Assembly (NCBI GenBank): GCA_949290705.1
Contig: CASESI010000022.1
Span: forward strand, 199,921-263,920
Source: an uncultured Holosporaceae bacterium
Lineage (GTDB): Bacteria; Pseudomonadota; Alphaproteobacteria; UBA3830; CASESI01
Length of the DNA stretch: 64,000 nucleotides
Direction: 5' to 3'
Every line of letters starts with the position of its first letter. Position 1 is the stretch's first letter. Under the pieces are notes generated by a model. That model worked only from the letters and a program-made list of their open reading frames with translations. It did no database searches and had not been told where the DNA came from. Shown one piece after another: positions 27,802-37,716 of the stretch. Position numbers and translations under genes: made by a program.

Positions 27802-28647
27802 ATGAATTGGTTTTCCAAACTTGTACCACCTAAAATAAAATCTCTTATAAAGACTGATGTTCCTGATAATCTGTGGGTTAAGTGCGAATCTTGTGAACAA
27901 ATGATCTTTCATAAGGATTTGGAGACTAACCTTTTCACGTGCAAATATTGTAATTATCATTTTAGAATGCCAGTCAAGGACAGATTTAACAGCATATTTG
28001 ATCATAAAACCTATCATCTTTTAACACCTCCAACAGTGAAAATCGATCCGTTAAATTTTAAAGACACAAAGAAATATGTAGATAGATTAAAATCAGCTAA
28101 AGCTTCCTCTGGTGCAGAAGAAGCAATATCTTCAGCAATCGGAACAATAGGATCATGTCAAACTGTTGTTTCTGTGATGAACTTTGATTTCATTGGTGGT
28201 TCTATGGGAACATTCATTGGAGAAGAAATTATATCTGCCATTGAATGTGCTATAAAAAATAAAACACCTTATATTATCTTTACTGCATCAGGTGGAGCGA
28301 GGATGCAAGAAGGAATATTATCTTTAATGCAAATGCCAAGAACAGCAATGTATGTAAACAAATTAAAAAAAGAAGGACTACCTTACATAGTTGTGCACAC
28401 TAATCCAACTACAGGTGGCGTTTCTGCATCTTTTGGAATGCTTGGTGATATACACATTGCTGAACCAAATTGTTTGATATGTTTCGCAGGCCCAAGAGTG
28501 ATAAAGGGAACTATAAAGCAAGAATTACCTGAAGGATTTCAAAAGGCTGAATATTTAAAAGATCACGGAATGGTTGATTTGGTTATTCACAGAAAAGATA
28601 TAAAAATGTACTTAGAGAAGATTTTAAAAATACTAAAATCTAAATAA
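27802..28647 (+). CDS. accD: Acetyl-CoA carboxylase carboxyltransferase beta subunit
   Basis: The Met17 start (MNWFSKL) follows a GGAG SD. It has the Zn ribbon CESCEQ...CKYCNYH and the CT motifs GGSMG and GGARMQEG. Confidence 0.93.
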   Translation: MNWFSKLVPPKIKSLIKTDVPDNLWVKCESCEQMIFHKDLETNLFTCKYCNYHFRMPVKDRFNSIFDHKTYHLLTPPTVKIDPLNFKDTKKYVDRLKSAKASSGAEEAISSAIGTIGSCQTVVSVMNFDFIGGSMGTFIGEEIISAIECAIKNKTPYIIFTASGGARMQEGILSLMQMPRTAMYVNKLKKEGLPYIVVHTNPTTGGVSASFGMLGDIHIAEPNCLICFAGPRVIKGTIKQELPEGFQKAEYLKDHGMVDLVIHRKDIKMYLEKILKILKSK

Positions 28648-28692
28648 ATAATTCCACTTTTATAGCAATTGTGGTAAAATCAACTGGTTTGG

Positions 28693-28766
28693 TGGGAGAT
28701 AGTTTAACGGTAGAACAACTGGCTCTGGACCTGTTAATCCTGGTTCGAATCCAGGTCTCCCAGCCA
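28693..28766 (+). tRNA. tRNA-Gln (anticodon CUG)
   Basis: Hand-folded. U1-A72 acceptor TGGGAGA/TCTCCCA, discriminator G plus CCA, anticodon loop CTCTGGA, T-arm CCTGG-TTCGAAT-CCAGG. There is one mismatch in the anticodon stem. Confidence 0.8.
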
Positions 28767-28784
28767 TTTCTCGAGCTTGTAAAT

Positions 28785-29570
28785 TCAAAATTCTTCAACA
28801 CTGCTGTTTATTTCGAGTTTATCAAGTTGGTCTGATACCTTTTCAGCATTATCATTAGAAGCAAAATCACCTATTAATACCTTGTAAACAACTTTATTTT
28901 TAAATTGTACAGGAACTATATAGTGGTTTATACTTTTCAAATCTTGGTATTTTTCTTTAAGTTTTTGTATATAGTCATTCGCTAAATCATGAGTTAAAAA
29001 TATACCTATATTCAGTCTATAAACCTTACTGAGTGAATTATTATTACAGTTATCTATCTCCAAAATTTTTCTTCCTATACTAATATTATTCTGAGCAGCG
29101 TCATCTATATTAGCATTTCTAATATTTGCAAAATTTATTATTTCATTTTGAGAATCTGCATTATTATTCTTAGTAAATTTCTTTGATACGACATTATTAT
29201 CCGTGTTACGTATTATCTTTGGAGAATTGCTATCAGAGTATTTACGTTTAGATAAAAGCTTATATATGCTCTGTTCCTTTGCAATGCTATTTTCGACATA
29301 CTCTTTAAAATCTCTATTTTCCGGAATTTCTATAACAGATTGTGAATTTGAGAATAACCAAAACATTATAATATTTACCATCACAATAAAAATCACAGAT
29401 GTTACAATCATCACAATAGTTCTGTTATTAAATTTCTTATAAAAATAATTATTTTTCAAGTCATCAGATGTAACATAAGTTTTTTTCTCAAAGCCCCATT
29501 TGTCGCTATTTTCATTCACAATATTTTTCTCTTCATCAAAATCACCATTTTTCAATGAAAAAGATCCCAT
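28785..29570 (-). CDS. SPOR-domain membrane protein
   Basis: 261 aa with one TM (IVMIVTSVIFIVMVNIIMFWLF). The C-terminal ~75 aa show a SPOR-like pattern (YRLNIGIFLTHDLANDYIQKLK...YKVLIGDFASNDNAEKVSDQL). Confidence 0.7.
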   Translation of the reverse strand: MGSFSLKNGDFDEEKNIVNENSDKWGFEKKTYVTSDDLKNNYFYKKFNNRTIVMIVTSVIFIVMVNIIMFWLFSNSQSVIEIPENRDFKEYVENSIAKEQSIYKLLSKRKYSDSNSPKIIRNTDNNVVSKKFTKNNNADSQNEIINFANIRNANIDDAAQNNISIGRKILEIDNCNNNSLSKVYRLNIGIFLTHDLANDYIQKLKEKYQDLKSINHYIVPVQFKNKVVYKVLIGDFASNDNAEKVSDQLDKLEINSSVEEF

Positions 29571-29571
29571 T

Positions 29572-31320
29572 TTAAAGCTCCTCTAAAGGCGATATTCCTA
29601 TTATATCAAAACCTGACCTTAAAACTTTCTGTACAGCGTTTACAAGCCATATCTTAGATTTTGTAGTCTCGATATCATTTTCTATTATAAACCTTAATTT
29701 TTCGTTATTTTTACCAAAATTCCATAAATTATGAAATAATGATGCCAATTCATAAAGATAAAATGCTATTTTATGTGGTTCATAATTCGTTGCTGCAATG
29801 ATTATTTGCCTTGGCCAATCAAGGAGAAACTTTATTATGTTTATTTCCTCTGGTAGTTTTATTGAATCTAAATTGATTTGATCACCGTTAATATCATCAA
29901 AATTAAATTCTGGAAAACTTTTTTTCAACTGTCTAAAAATAGAGCATGTACGAGCATATGCATATTGCACATAAAATACAGGATTCATTTTACTTTGCTC
30001 CACAACGGCTTTAAAATCGAAATCCAACGGCGATTCACTTTTCCGTGTAAGCATTATAAATCTTATAACATCTTTTCCAACAGCATCTATAATATCCCTC
30101 AGTGTGATAAAATTACCGGCTCTCTTCGACATTCTAACTTCCTTACCATTATCAGAAAACTTAACAAGTTGGCATAGGAGAATTTTTAACTCCACTTTAT
30201 CAGAAAGTGCAGAAATAGCAGCTTGCATCCTTTTTACATAACCACCATGATCTGCCCCAAAAAAGTCTATAATCGTTTCGTATCCTCTTTCAATTTTATA
30301 GAGGTGATATGCAATATCAGAAGCAAAATATGTCCAGGATCCATCTGATTTTATTAGTGGTCTATCTGTATCGTCACCAAAAGCTTTAGTTTTAAACAAA
30401 GTTTGTTCTTTAGGCTCCCAATCATCACCTACCTTACCTTTTGGCATATCCAAAATTCCTTTGTAGATACATCCTTTTTGTTTTAAATAATCTATCGTTT
30501 CGTTGACTTTGTTTTGCTCAACAAGCATAGTCTCAGATGTAAAAACATCGTGTTTTATTCCTAATGACGCAAGATCAGATTTTATATCATCCATTAAAGA
30601 CGAAATTGCTATTTTTTTTAAGATATTATACCTGTCTTCTTCATTACAACGTGTAAGAGTATCTCCATGCTCTTTTACAACTTCTTGTGCTATATCTTTT
30701 AAATATTCTCCTGGGTACATTCCATCCTTTGGTTCAAATGTTTTCATTCCAAGAGCTTCCAAATATCTTTCGTACAGGGATTTAATTAGTATTCTAACTT
30801 GATTTCCATAATCATTGATGTAGTATTCTTTAGTAACATCATACCCAACTTTTTTCAGAAGAGCAGCTAAAACATCGCCAAGCACTGCCCCTCTCACATG
30901 ACCACAATGCAATGGTCCTGTTGGATTTGCAGATACGTACTCAACATTTACTTTTTTTCCGCATCCAATATTTGTATAACCATAATCACCTTTTATGGCT
31001 TTTTTGAAAAATGTTTTTAAAAATTCTCTATCAACAGTCCAGTTTATAAATCCCGGTCCAGCTATATTGATATTCGTAATAAAATCAAATGAACTTAATT
31101 CATCCATTATCAATTTTCCGAATATCTGTGGTGACATTTTTACTCTCTTAGCGTACATCATCGCAACATTAGATGAAAAGTCACCAAAATCATTTTCTGT
31201 AATAGGTTCAACTATTACCCTTATACACGACAAATCTTCAGATATTAATCTCTTATCGTAAATATTTTTTAAAACACCAATTATGATTTTTTCAAAAAAC
31301 AAGTAAATATTATCGTTCAT
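29572..31320 (-). CDS. argS: Arginyl-tRNA synthetase
   Basis: 582 aa. It has the HIGH-type motif PTGPLHCGH, an MSKR (KMSK) motif and the C-terminal DALR anticodon-binding region. Confidence 0.96.
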   Translation of the reverse strand: MNDNIYLFFEKIIIGVLKNIYDKRLISEDLSCIRVIVEPITENDFGDFSSNVAMMYAKRVKMSPQIFGKLIMDELSSFDFITNINIAGPGFINWTVDREFLKTFFKKAIKGDYGYTNIGCGKKVNVEYVSANPTGPLHCGHVRGAVLGDVLAALLKKVGYDVTKEYYINDYGNQVRILIKSLYERYLEALGMKTFEPKDGMYPGEYLKDIAQEVVKEHGDTLTRCNEEDRYNILKKIAISSLMDDIKSDLASLGIKHDVFTSETMLVEQNKVNETIDYLKQKGCIYKGILDMPKGKVGDDWEPKEQTLFKTKAFGDDTDRPLIKSDGSWTYFASDIAYHLYKIERGYETIIDFFGADHGGYVKRMQAAISALSDKVELKILLCQLVKFSDNGKEVRMSKRAGNFITLRDIIDAVGKDVIRFIMLTRKSESPLDFDFKAVVEQSKMNPVFYVQYAYARTCSIFRQLKKSFPEFNFDDINGDQINLDSIKLPEEINIIKFLLDWPRQIIIAATNYEPHKIAFYLYELASLFHNLWNFGKNNEKLRFIIENDIETTKSKIWLVNAVQKVLRSGFDIIGISPLEEL

Positions 31321-31367
31321 AACGACATTTTATACTCAAGATTATGAAATTTGAACTAATTTTTTCC

Positions 31368-32303
31368 TCATCTACTAACAATGTTATGTACAAATTTTCT
31401 TACATCCAAACCGTCATATATAACATTGTATAAACCCGAAATTATATACGAGTTCAAACTCAATTTATTAGATAGTAAATATGCAGACTCTGTAGTTTTT
31501 ATTCCCTCTGATACTTCACCTATTGAAATTACTATATCTTCGACTGATTTTCCTTGTCCCAGCAGAAGTCCAGCCCTATAATTCCTACTGTATCTGCCAC
31601 AACAAGACGATATCATATCGCCTATTCCAGCCACACCAAATATATCACTGTAAGATGCTCCAGAAGATAACGCTATTTGAAATATTTCATAAAAAACATT
31701 CGCTAATATGGCCCCTTTCGCACTATCACCTAATTCAAAGCTGTCAACTATTCCAGCTATAATTGCAGCAACATTTTTCAAAGCTGCAACAATTTCTATT
31801 CCAACAGGATTTTCAGAAGTTTTTAAACTCAACTTTCCTGGTACCATTAATATGTCTACTAATTTATTGCTCAAATCCTTATTTTTGGAAGCGATTACAG
31901 CCCATATCGGCAGATCTTTCATTATTTCTTTTGCAAACGTAGGCCCAGAAAACACAGCAGTATCAAGATACGGATTAGCAAACCCAAATATTTGGCTCAT
32001 TGTTTGTAGAGTCTTTGGATTTATACCTTTTGATGTCAACAAATAATATTTTCCAGAATTATTTTCTGATTTTTTTATCTCATTTGCAACATAATCAATC
32101 CCAACAGAAACCGTTGATACAACAACAACATTTGCTTCCTTTATCGCGCTATCAATATCAGATCTTATAATATACTTATCAGACTCTAAATCGCCGTTAT
32201 ACTCCTTACTAAACTTCCAGATAAATATTTTCTCAAATTTTCTGGACCATAAATGTGCCAGAGAAGTACCAAAAGCCCCGTATCCAAGTATACAAAGATT
32301 CAT
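31368..32303 (-). CDS. gpsA: NAD(P)H-dependent glycerol-3-phosphate dehydrogenase
   Basis: The Met8 start gives MNLCILGYGAFGTSLA (Rossmann GxGxxG). The longer form would run to within 4 nt of tRNA-Glu. Confidence 0.9.
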   Translation of the reverse strand: MNLCILGYGAFGTSLAHLWSRKFEKIFIWKFSKEYNGDLESDKYIIRSDIDSAIKEANVVVVSTVSVGIDYVANEIKKSENNSGKYYLLTSKGINPKTLQTMSQIFGFANPYLDTAVFSGPTFAKEIMKDLPIWAVIASKNKDLSNKLVDILMVPGKLSLKTSENPVGIEIVAALKNVAAIIAGIVDSFELGDSAKGAILANVFYEIFQIALSSGASYSDIFGVAGIGDMISSCCGRYSRNYRAGLLLGQGKSVEDIVISIGEVSEGIKTTESAYLLSNKLSLNSYIISGLYNVIYDGLDVRKFVHNIVSR

Positions 32304-32328
32304 TACACAACTACCACTACTCAAAGAG

Positions 32329-32400
32329 CGTCTCCAAGGGGATTTGAACCCCTGTTGCCGCCGTGAGAGGGCGACGTCCTAACCCCTAGACGATGGAGAC
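32329..32400 (-). tRNA. tRNA-Glu (anticodon CUC)
   Basis: Hand-folded. GTCTCCA acceptor, TCTAGGGGTTAGGA D-arm, anticodon loop CTCTCAC, GGGGTTCAAATCCCC T-arm. CCA is not encoded. Confidence 0.85.
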
Positions 32401-32417
32401 ATCATCTTTTGTTTTCC

Positions 32418-32446
32418 ATGCTAGCACATTATTAATCATTTGTCAA
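32418..32446 (-). promoter_or_regulatory. Putative sigma-70 promoter of tRNA-Glu
   Basis: On the minus strand: TTGACA, 17 nt, TAGCAT, ending 17 nt upstream of the tRNA 5' end and just downstream of the uvrB stop. Confidence 0.5.
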
Positions 32447-32455
32447 GTAAAATTT

Positions 32456-34363
32456 TTAAGAATTATTTTTTATATAATCCCTTAGTTTTGCAGCCTTTTC
32501 AAATTCGAGATTTTCAGCTAATGTTTTCATTTCTAAATTTAATTTTTCTATCTCCTCTATTGTTAATTTTTTCTTATTTTTGATAAAATTTTTATCAATA
32601 GATTTCACAATAGACTTAGGTGTTATGCTATGCTCTTCATTGTATTGTTTCTGTATTTTTCTACGCCTATCAGTTTCTTTTATTGCTTCTTTAATTGAAT
32701 CAGTAACTGTATCAGCAAATAAAATAACCTTGCTATTAATATTACGAGCCGCTCTCCCTATTGTTTGAATTAACGCATTTTTTGACCTTAAAAATCCCTC
32801 TTTATCAGCATCCAATATTGCAACCAACGAACATTCAGGGATATCAAGTCCTTCTCGCAATAGGTTAATACCTATTAAAATATCTACCTCTCCACTTCGA
32901 AGTTTGTTGATAATATCCACACGCTCAAGTGTAGGAATACCAGAATGCATATAAATTGCCTTAAATCCAATATCTTTCAAATAAGATGTTAAATTTTCTG
33001 ACGATTTTTTTGTAAGAGTAGTAATCAGTGCTCTACTTTTGTTATCAACAATTTCACGCAAATTATGTATTAAAACATCCATTTGGTTTTTGGTAGGACT
33101 TACCTCTATCTTTGGATCAACAATTCCAGTAGGACGTATAATTTGTTCTGTCACATATTTCCCTGAAAGATTAAGTTCAAAATTATCAGGTGTAGCGGAA
33201 ACAAAAATAGTTCTTGGTCTTAGTTTATACCATTCTTCAAATTTTAAAGGCCTATTATCAAGACATCTTGGTAATCTGAACCCATATTCCACCAATTTTG
33301 TTTTCCGAGAAAAATCACCATTATACATTGCTCTTAATTGGGGTATTGCAATATGACTTTCATCTATCACAAGTAAAGAATTTGGTTTTAAATATTCGAA
33401 AATTGTTGGTGGAGGTTCCCCTGGATTTCTACCAGTTAAATAACCAGAATAATTTTCAATTCCTTTACAAGATCCTGTTGAACCGATCATCTCCAAATCA
33501 TACATTACTCTTTCGTGTAATCTTTTTGATTCAAATTCTTTTCCTATGCTTTTCAAATAGTTTTCTTGCTTTTCCAAATCATAAGATATTTTATCCATTG
33601 CTTGTTTCATCGTATCTTTTGGAGCAACATAATGACTGTTTGGATAAATGGTATACTCGTCTAATGGTTCTAATTTTTTATTTGATATCGGATCAATAAT
33701 ATGTAAACCTTCAATATCATCTCCGAAAAGTTCTACTTTTATTGCTCTGTCTTTTAAATGAGATGGAAATATGTCAATTGTGTCACCATTAATACGAAAA
33801 CTTCCTCTCGTGAAGTCTAGTTTTCTTGAGTACTGCATCTCTATTAGTTGATTGATTATTTGTTTTGTATTAATGGTTGAGTTTGTTTTTAATTCTAGTT
33901 TCAAATTGCTATAAAATTCAGGTGAACCTATACCGTAAATGCATGAGATACTAGCTATGACAATAACATCATTATATGTTAAAAGTGACATAGTTGCGGA
34001 ATGCCTCATTTGATCTATTACGTCGTTTATTACTGCTTCTTTTTCTATATACGTGTCTGTTCTTGGAATATATGATTCAGGTTGATAATAATCATAATAA
34101 GACACGAAATATTCTACATGATTTTTGGGGAATAATTCTTTAAATTCAGAATATAATTGTGATGCGAGTGTTTTGTTTGGTGCGAGTATAACAGTTGGAA
34201 CTTGTAATGTTTGAATTACATTTGCGATAGTAAAGGTTTTTCCTGATCCTGTAACTCCTAGTAATGTTTGGTTGAAACTATTGAAGAAATTGGATGACAA
34301 GAAATCTATACATTTAGGTTGGTCTCCGTTTGGGATTTTGTCCGAAATGATTTTTAGTTTCAT
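32456..34363 (-). CDS. uvrB: Excinuclease ABC subunit B
   Basis: 635 aa. It has Walker A GVTGSGKTF, DESH, helicase motifs and a C-terminal UVR domain (EFEKAAKLRDYI). Confidence 0.97.
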   Translation of the reverse strand: MKLKIISDKIPNGDQPKCIDFLSSNFFNSFNQTLLGVTGSGKTFTIANVIQTLQVPTVILAPNKTLASQLYSEFKELFPKNHVEYFVSYYDYYQPESYIPRTDTYIEKEAVINDVIDQMRHSATMSLLTYNDVIVIASISCIYGIGSPEFYSNLKLELKTNSTINTKQIINQLIEMQYSRKLDFTRGSFRINGDTIDIFPSHLKDRAIKVELFGDDIEGLHIIDPISNKKLEPLDEYTIYPNSHYVAPKDTMKQAMDKISYDLEKQENYLKSIGKEFESKRLHERVMYDLEMIGSTGSCKGIENYSGYLTGRNPGEPPPTIFEYLKPNSLLVIDESHIAIPQLRAMYNGDFSRKTKLVEYGFRLPRCLDNRPLKFEEWYKLRPRTIFVSATPDNFELNLSGKYVTEQIIRPTGIVDPKIEVSPTKNQMDVLIHNLREIVDNKSRALITTLTKKSSENLTSYLKDIGFKAIYMHSGIPTLERVDIINKLRSGEVDILIGINLLREGLDIPECSLVAILDADKEGFLRSKNALIQTIGRAARNINSKVILFADTVTDSIKEAIKETDRRRKIQKQYNEEHSITPKSIVKSIDKNFIKNKKKLTIEEIEKLNLEMKTLAENLEFEKAAKLRDYIKNNS

Positions 34364-34461
34364 AATATATTGTATTATATATTTGGTGGTTATTGTTGTA
34401 TAGATGTTAATAACTTTTTCTAAAAATCTTTTAAAAGGCAGAAAAACAAAGGCTTGAAACC

Positions 34462-34537
34462 TGTTAATAAAATTATTTTTTCCTGTTGATAAATTGTGAA
34501 TAATTTTAAGAAAATTTTTTATAAAAAGTTATACACA
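34462..34537. promoter_or_regulatory. Cluster of DnaA-box-like 9-mers in the uvrB-tig spacer
   Basis: TTATACACA lies at 34529-34537 (+) and TTATTCACA at 34495-34503 (-); both fit TTATNCACA. One-mismatch boxes are TTATCAACA at 34484-34492 (-) and TTATTAACA at 34462-34470 (-). The three minus-strand boxes are spaced 22 and 11 nt apart. Confidence 0.35.
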
Positions 34538-34621
34538 GGAATTGCACAAAATATAAACCAACTTATAAAAACATAAAAAAAGAAGTAATCTAAAAAATAT
34601 ATAATAAAAATTGAAAAAAGA

Positions 34622-35923
34622 TTATTTATTTTCGGAAGATGATTTATTATCAGATTTTGCAGATATCCATGATTTAAATGTTTCTACATCGACTTCCTCT
34701 TCGTTTATGACGATATTTTTTTCTATTTCTTCGCACACTTTATCTTCAAAGATTTCTAATTCAATATTGTCTCTAACATTGTCATTGATTTTTGATGGAT
34801 CAATATTAAGTTCTTTGATTCTTTTGTTGATTTCTTTAGGTGATACTTTTATTCCAAGTTTTTCACCGATTTTATTCAAGATCAATCTAATTCTAATTCT
34901 TTGTTCCGCAATTTTTACCAATTCTTTTGTAAGTTTTGCAGGGTCCATTTTTCCTTCTGAATCTTTTACATCTGTTCCTTCTTGTAATGCAAGATTTCCT
35001 CTTACAAATTCATCAAAGACATATTTTGATTCTTGAGTTTTCATCGATTCAGGAACTTCAAAATTTGTTTCGGCAATCAATTTTTTCACGATATCATCAC
35101 TTTTTCTATGTGTGAATAGTAAATCAGCATCATGTTGAAGCCTTGCTTTTATCATATTCTTGAATTCTTCTAAATCCTTAAAACCATTGTCCTTCAAGAA
35201 ATCACCTTCAATCGATGGGTATTTTGTAGGTTCACATATGTCAACAATTTCAACGTTGTAATGCATAAGTCGGCCTTTTTTACCATCTTTCTCATATTGA
35301 TAATCAAATTCCAATTTATCGCCAATTTTGTGATCGAGAAGATTTTTATCGAACTCAGGTAAATCGCCGAGACGAATGTCGTTTTGTTTTTGATCTACAA
35401 CTTTTTTATTAAATTTAGCTGTATACTTTATCGTGATTTTATCTCCATTAGCGGCATTTCTTGTGACATGGCTCCATTTATTATTAGCATTGTCAAATAC
35501 TGTTTTCATTTCTGTCTCGATATCTTTTTCTGAAATGATTGGTTTTTTTACGTTAACAGAGATTTTACTTAAATCGATATCCTGCACTTCTGGGAAAACT
35601 TCAAATTCCATAGAGTACACATACTTGTCTCCATCTTCCTTTATATCGACCTTTGGTTGACTTGCAATACGATACTTATTATCTTTGATAAGTTCATCAA
35701 AAATATCTGAAAAATAATTACGCTTAGCATCTTCCAAAAATGCTTTTCCGTGCATCTTTTTCAATGCCTCAAAAGGGACATGACCTTTACGGAAACCAGC
35801 AATTGATGCGGTTTTAGTTGCAGATTCAATTGCGTCATCGGTCTTTTGTGAGATAACAGCAGAAGAAACAGAAACTTCTAATTTCTTTTTTAATCCTTCG
35901 GAACTAACTTCCTTAATTTCCAT
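34622..35923 (-). CDS. tig: Trigger factor
   Basis: 433 aa. The N-terminal ribosome-binding signature GFRKGHVP is present, with a central PPIase-like region and a C-terminal helical arm. Confidence 0.93.
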   Translation of the reverse strand: MEIKEVSSEGLKKKLEVSVSSAVISQKTDDAIESATKTASIAGFRKGHVPFEALKKMHGKAFLEDAKRNYFSDIFDELIKDNKYRIASQPKVDIKEDGDKYVYSMEFEVFPEVQDIDLSKISVNVKKPIISEKDIETEMKTVFDNANNKWSHVTRNAANGDKITIKYTAKFNKKVVDQKQNDIRLGDLPEFDKNLLDHKIGDKLEFDYQYEKDGKKGRLMHYNVEIVDICEPTKYPSIEGDFLKDNGFKDLEEFKNMIKARLQHDADLLFTHRKSDDIVKKLIAETNFEVPESMKTQESKYVFDEFVRGNLALQEGTDVKDSEGKMDPAKLTKELVKIAEQRIRIRLILNKIGEKLGIKVSPKEINKRIKELNIDPSKINDNVRDNIELEIFEDKVCEEIEKNIVINEEEVDVETFKSWISAKSDNKSSSENK

Positions 35924-36066
35924 ACAAATACCTATAAATTATGATTCCCAATCCTATCATATCTTTGGCGATTTATAAAGAAAAACAAGAAAACATAATT
36001 CGTGTAAAGTTAATAAATTTTTAAATATTTTCTGAGATAATTAATTAGGTTATAAAAAGGTAATTT

Positions 36067-36858
36067 ATGAAGAAAATAATGATATGTATGGCATTCTTTG
36101 GAATGCTTATCGGAAATGGACATGCAGGAGTAGGAGGAGCCCCAGCAGTACCAGCAGTAACAGATAATGCTACGGAATTATTAAATGCACTTAATACAGC
36201 AAATGTAGGAAATATTTTAGATAAACTTGCAACATTAAATACTGCTGCTGACCCAGATATTAAGGCGGAGACAGTCGAGACAGGTAAAGGTGGCGCATAC
36301 AAGTATTTGAGTGACAAACTCACGAATGCGGGTATTAAATATGATGCTGCCAAAAAATATTATTTACGAAACAATGATAGTTTTTCTGATTATATTAAAA
36401 CAAAATTGGGTGAAGAAATTAAAGCAATAAAAACTGGTGGTATAGAAGATCAATATAAAAAAATTATCGACGAGCATAGAAATACTGTATATAAACAAAC
36501 TAACGCTGATGAGTGGAAAGGAAAGGTATCTGGTGGAAATACTTGTGTAGGTACAGATGTTGATGATATAAAAAACAAAATTGGAAAACTATATAATGAT
36601 ATGGTTGAAACAATAAAAAATGAGCGGCAAAAGATCTTAAAAGAATTATTAACGGAAAAAATGAAAGAACATATTGGTGGTTTAGAAATATGTGAGCAGG
36701 AAGAGGCCGTGAAACAATATGCAAAAGATGAAGTGTCAAAAATAATTAAAGGCAAGAAATTAAATAAAGGAGTAACTGAATTTTTAGAAAAAGAGATAAC
36801 AAATAAGTTGTTGGGTGATGCAATGAACGCAAATAAAACAGTGTATGAGAAAAAATGA
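36067..36858 (+). CDS. Hypothetical secreted or surface protein
   Basis: 263 aa. It has the signal peptide MKKIMICMAFFGMLIGNGHA, an Ala/Gly/Pro-rich N-terminal segment and then a K/E-rich helical region. Confidence 0.65.
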   Translation: MKKIMICMAFFGMLIGNGHAGVGGAPAVPAVTDNATELLNALNTANVGNILDKLATLNTAADPDIKAETVETGKGGAYKYLSDKLTNAGIKYDAAKKYYLRNNDSFSDYIKTKLGEEIKAIKTGGIEDQYKKIIDEHRNTVYKQTNADEWKGKVSGGNTCVGTDVDDIKNKIGKLYNDMVETIKNERQKILKELLTEKMKEHIGGLEICEQEEAVKQYAKDEVSKIIKGKKLNKGVTEFLEKEITNKLLGDAMNANKTVYEKK

Positions 36859-36967
36859 ATGTGTTATTAAAAGCAGCATCTGCAATGGTAAGAACAGCAG
36901 AAGAAGGTATAAAAGCACGTGATGCAAGGTTGAGATATAGATTATCGAAGATGAGAAGGTGATAAAA

Positions 36968-37651
36968 ATGAAAAAATGGATATTTGGTACGTTATTGGGA
37001 TTAGGTGCGATGCATTTCGCATCAGCCAACGTTGATAAAACGATTAATGTCAAAGTTGGATATTCAAAGATAGGAAATATTTATGATAATGATATTAAAA
37101 ATACTGTAATGTATGTGATTAGACATACAATGGAGCATTCGGAAAATTTTAATGGACACAGGGTGTTTGGATTGGGATTTGGATTAAAATATAATTTTCC
37201 AAAATACTTCTTTATTGGATTAAATGCAAATTTGGAGAATACAGATAATGAGTATACACTTGGAGTTCCTAATAATAGTATTGGGATAAAGTTTTCCTCG
37301 AGGAATAGTGTAAATTTAATACCAATTGTTGGTGTTTCAATCGACAGGTTCAATATCTATGCTGGAGCAGGAATAAGTTATAATCAAATTAATTATTTAC
37401 AATTTGATAAAAGCGTAACAGATCCAACAGATAAGAGTTTTAATAATTATAAAGTGCATAATTGGCGTGGAAATTTTGCTTGGTGTGCCGGAATTGATGC
37501 GAATATCAACTCTAATGCTTCTTTGGGAATAGAGTACAAAAAAACCAGAATAAAATTTTCTTTTATAGAATACCCAAATTCATTTAGGTTTAAATCTCAT
37601 TTCAAGACGGATCATCACACGGTTTCCGTGACATTCAAATATAAATTCTGA
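36968..37651 (+). CDS. Small outer-membrane beta-barrel protein (OmpA-TM / surface-antigen type)
   Basis: It has the signal peptide MKKWIFGTLLGLGAMHFASA, alternating strand patterns and the terminal VTFKYKF. An AAGGTG SD lies 6 nt upstream of ATG 36968; the track start GTG 36959 is rejected. Confidence 0.75.
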   Translation: MKKWIFGTLLGLGAMHFASANVDKTINVKVGYSKIGNIYDNDIKNTVMYVIRHTMEHSENFNGHRVFGLGFGLKYNFPKYFFIGLNANLENTDNEYTLGVPNNSIGIKFSSRNSVNLIPIVGVSIDRFNIYAGAGISYNQINYLQFDKSVTDPTDKSFNNYKVHNWRGNFAWCAGIDANINSNASLGIEYKKTRIKFSFIEYPNSFRFKSHFKTDHHTVSVTFKYKF

Positions 37652-37716
37652 ACTTAATTTCAATTTTTTTTGACAATTTTCTTGATTTTTTTATTTTTTA
37701 TGGAATAATTATTTCC

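Noticed and set aside
34611-35036. 141-aa S/I/L/F-rich ORF antisense to tig
   Set aside because: It is the low-complexity mirror of the K/E/D-rich trigger factor C-terminus, and the tig frame is unambiguous.
35924-36066. Possible replication origin at the tig/surface-protein divergent spacer (local switch from minus- to plus-strand genes)
   Set aside because: I found no DnaA-box matches there. Strand switches of this kind recur every few kb throughout the window, so orientation is uninformative.
36045-36353. 102-aa Ala/Ser-rich ORF antisense to the 36067 surface-protein gene
   Set aside because: It mirrors the locally GC-richer Ala/Gly/Pro segment of the plus-strand gene. The plus-strand gene has an SD, an ATG and a signal peptide; the antisense ORF has none.
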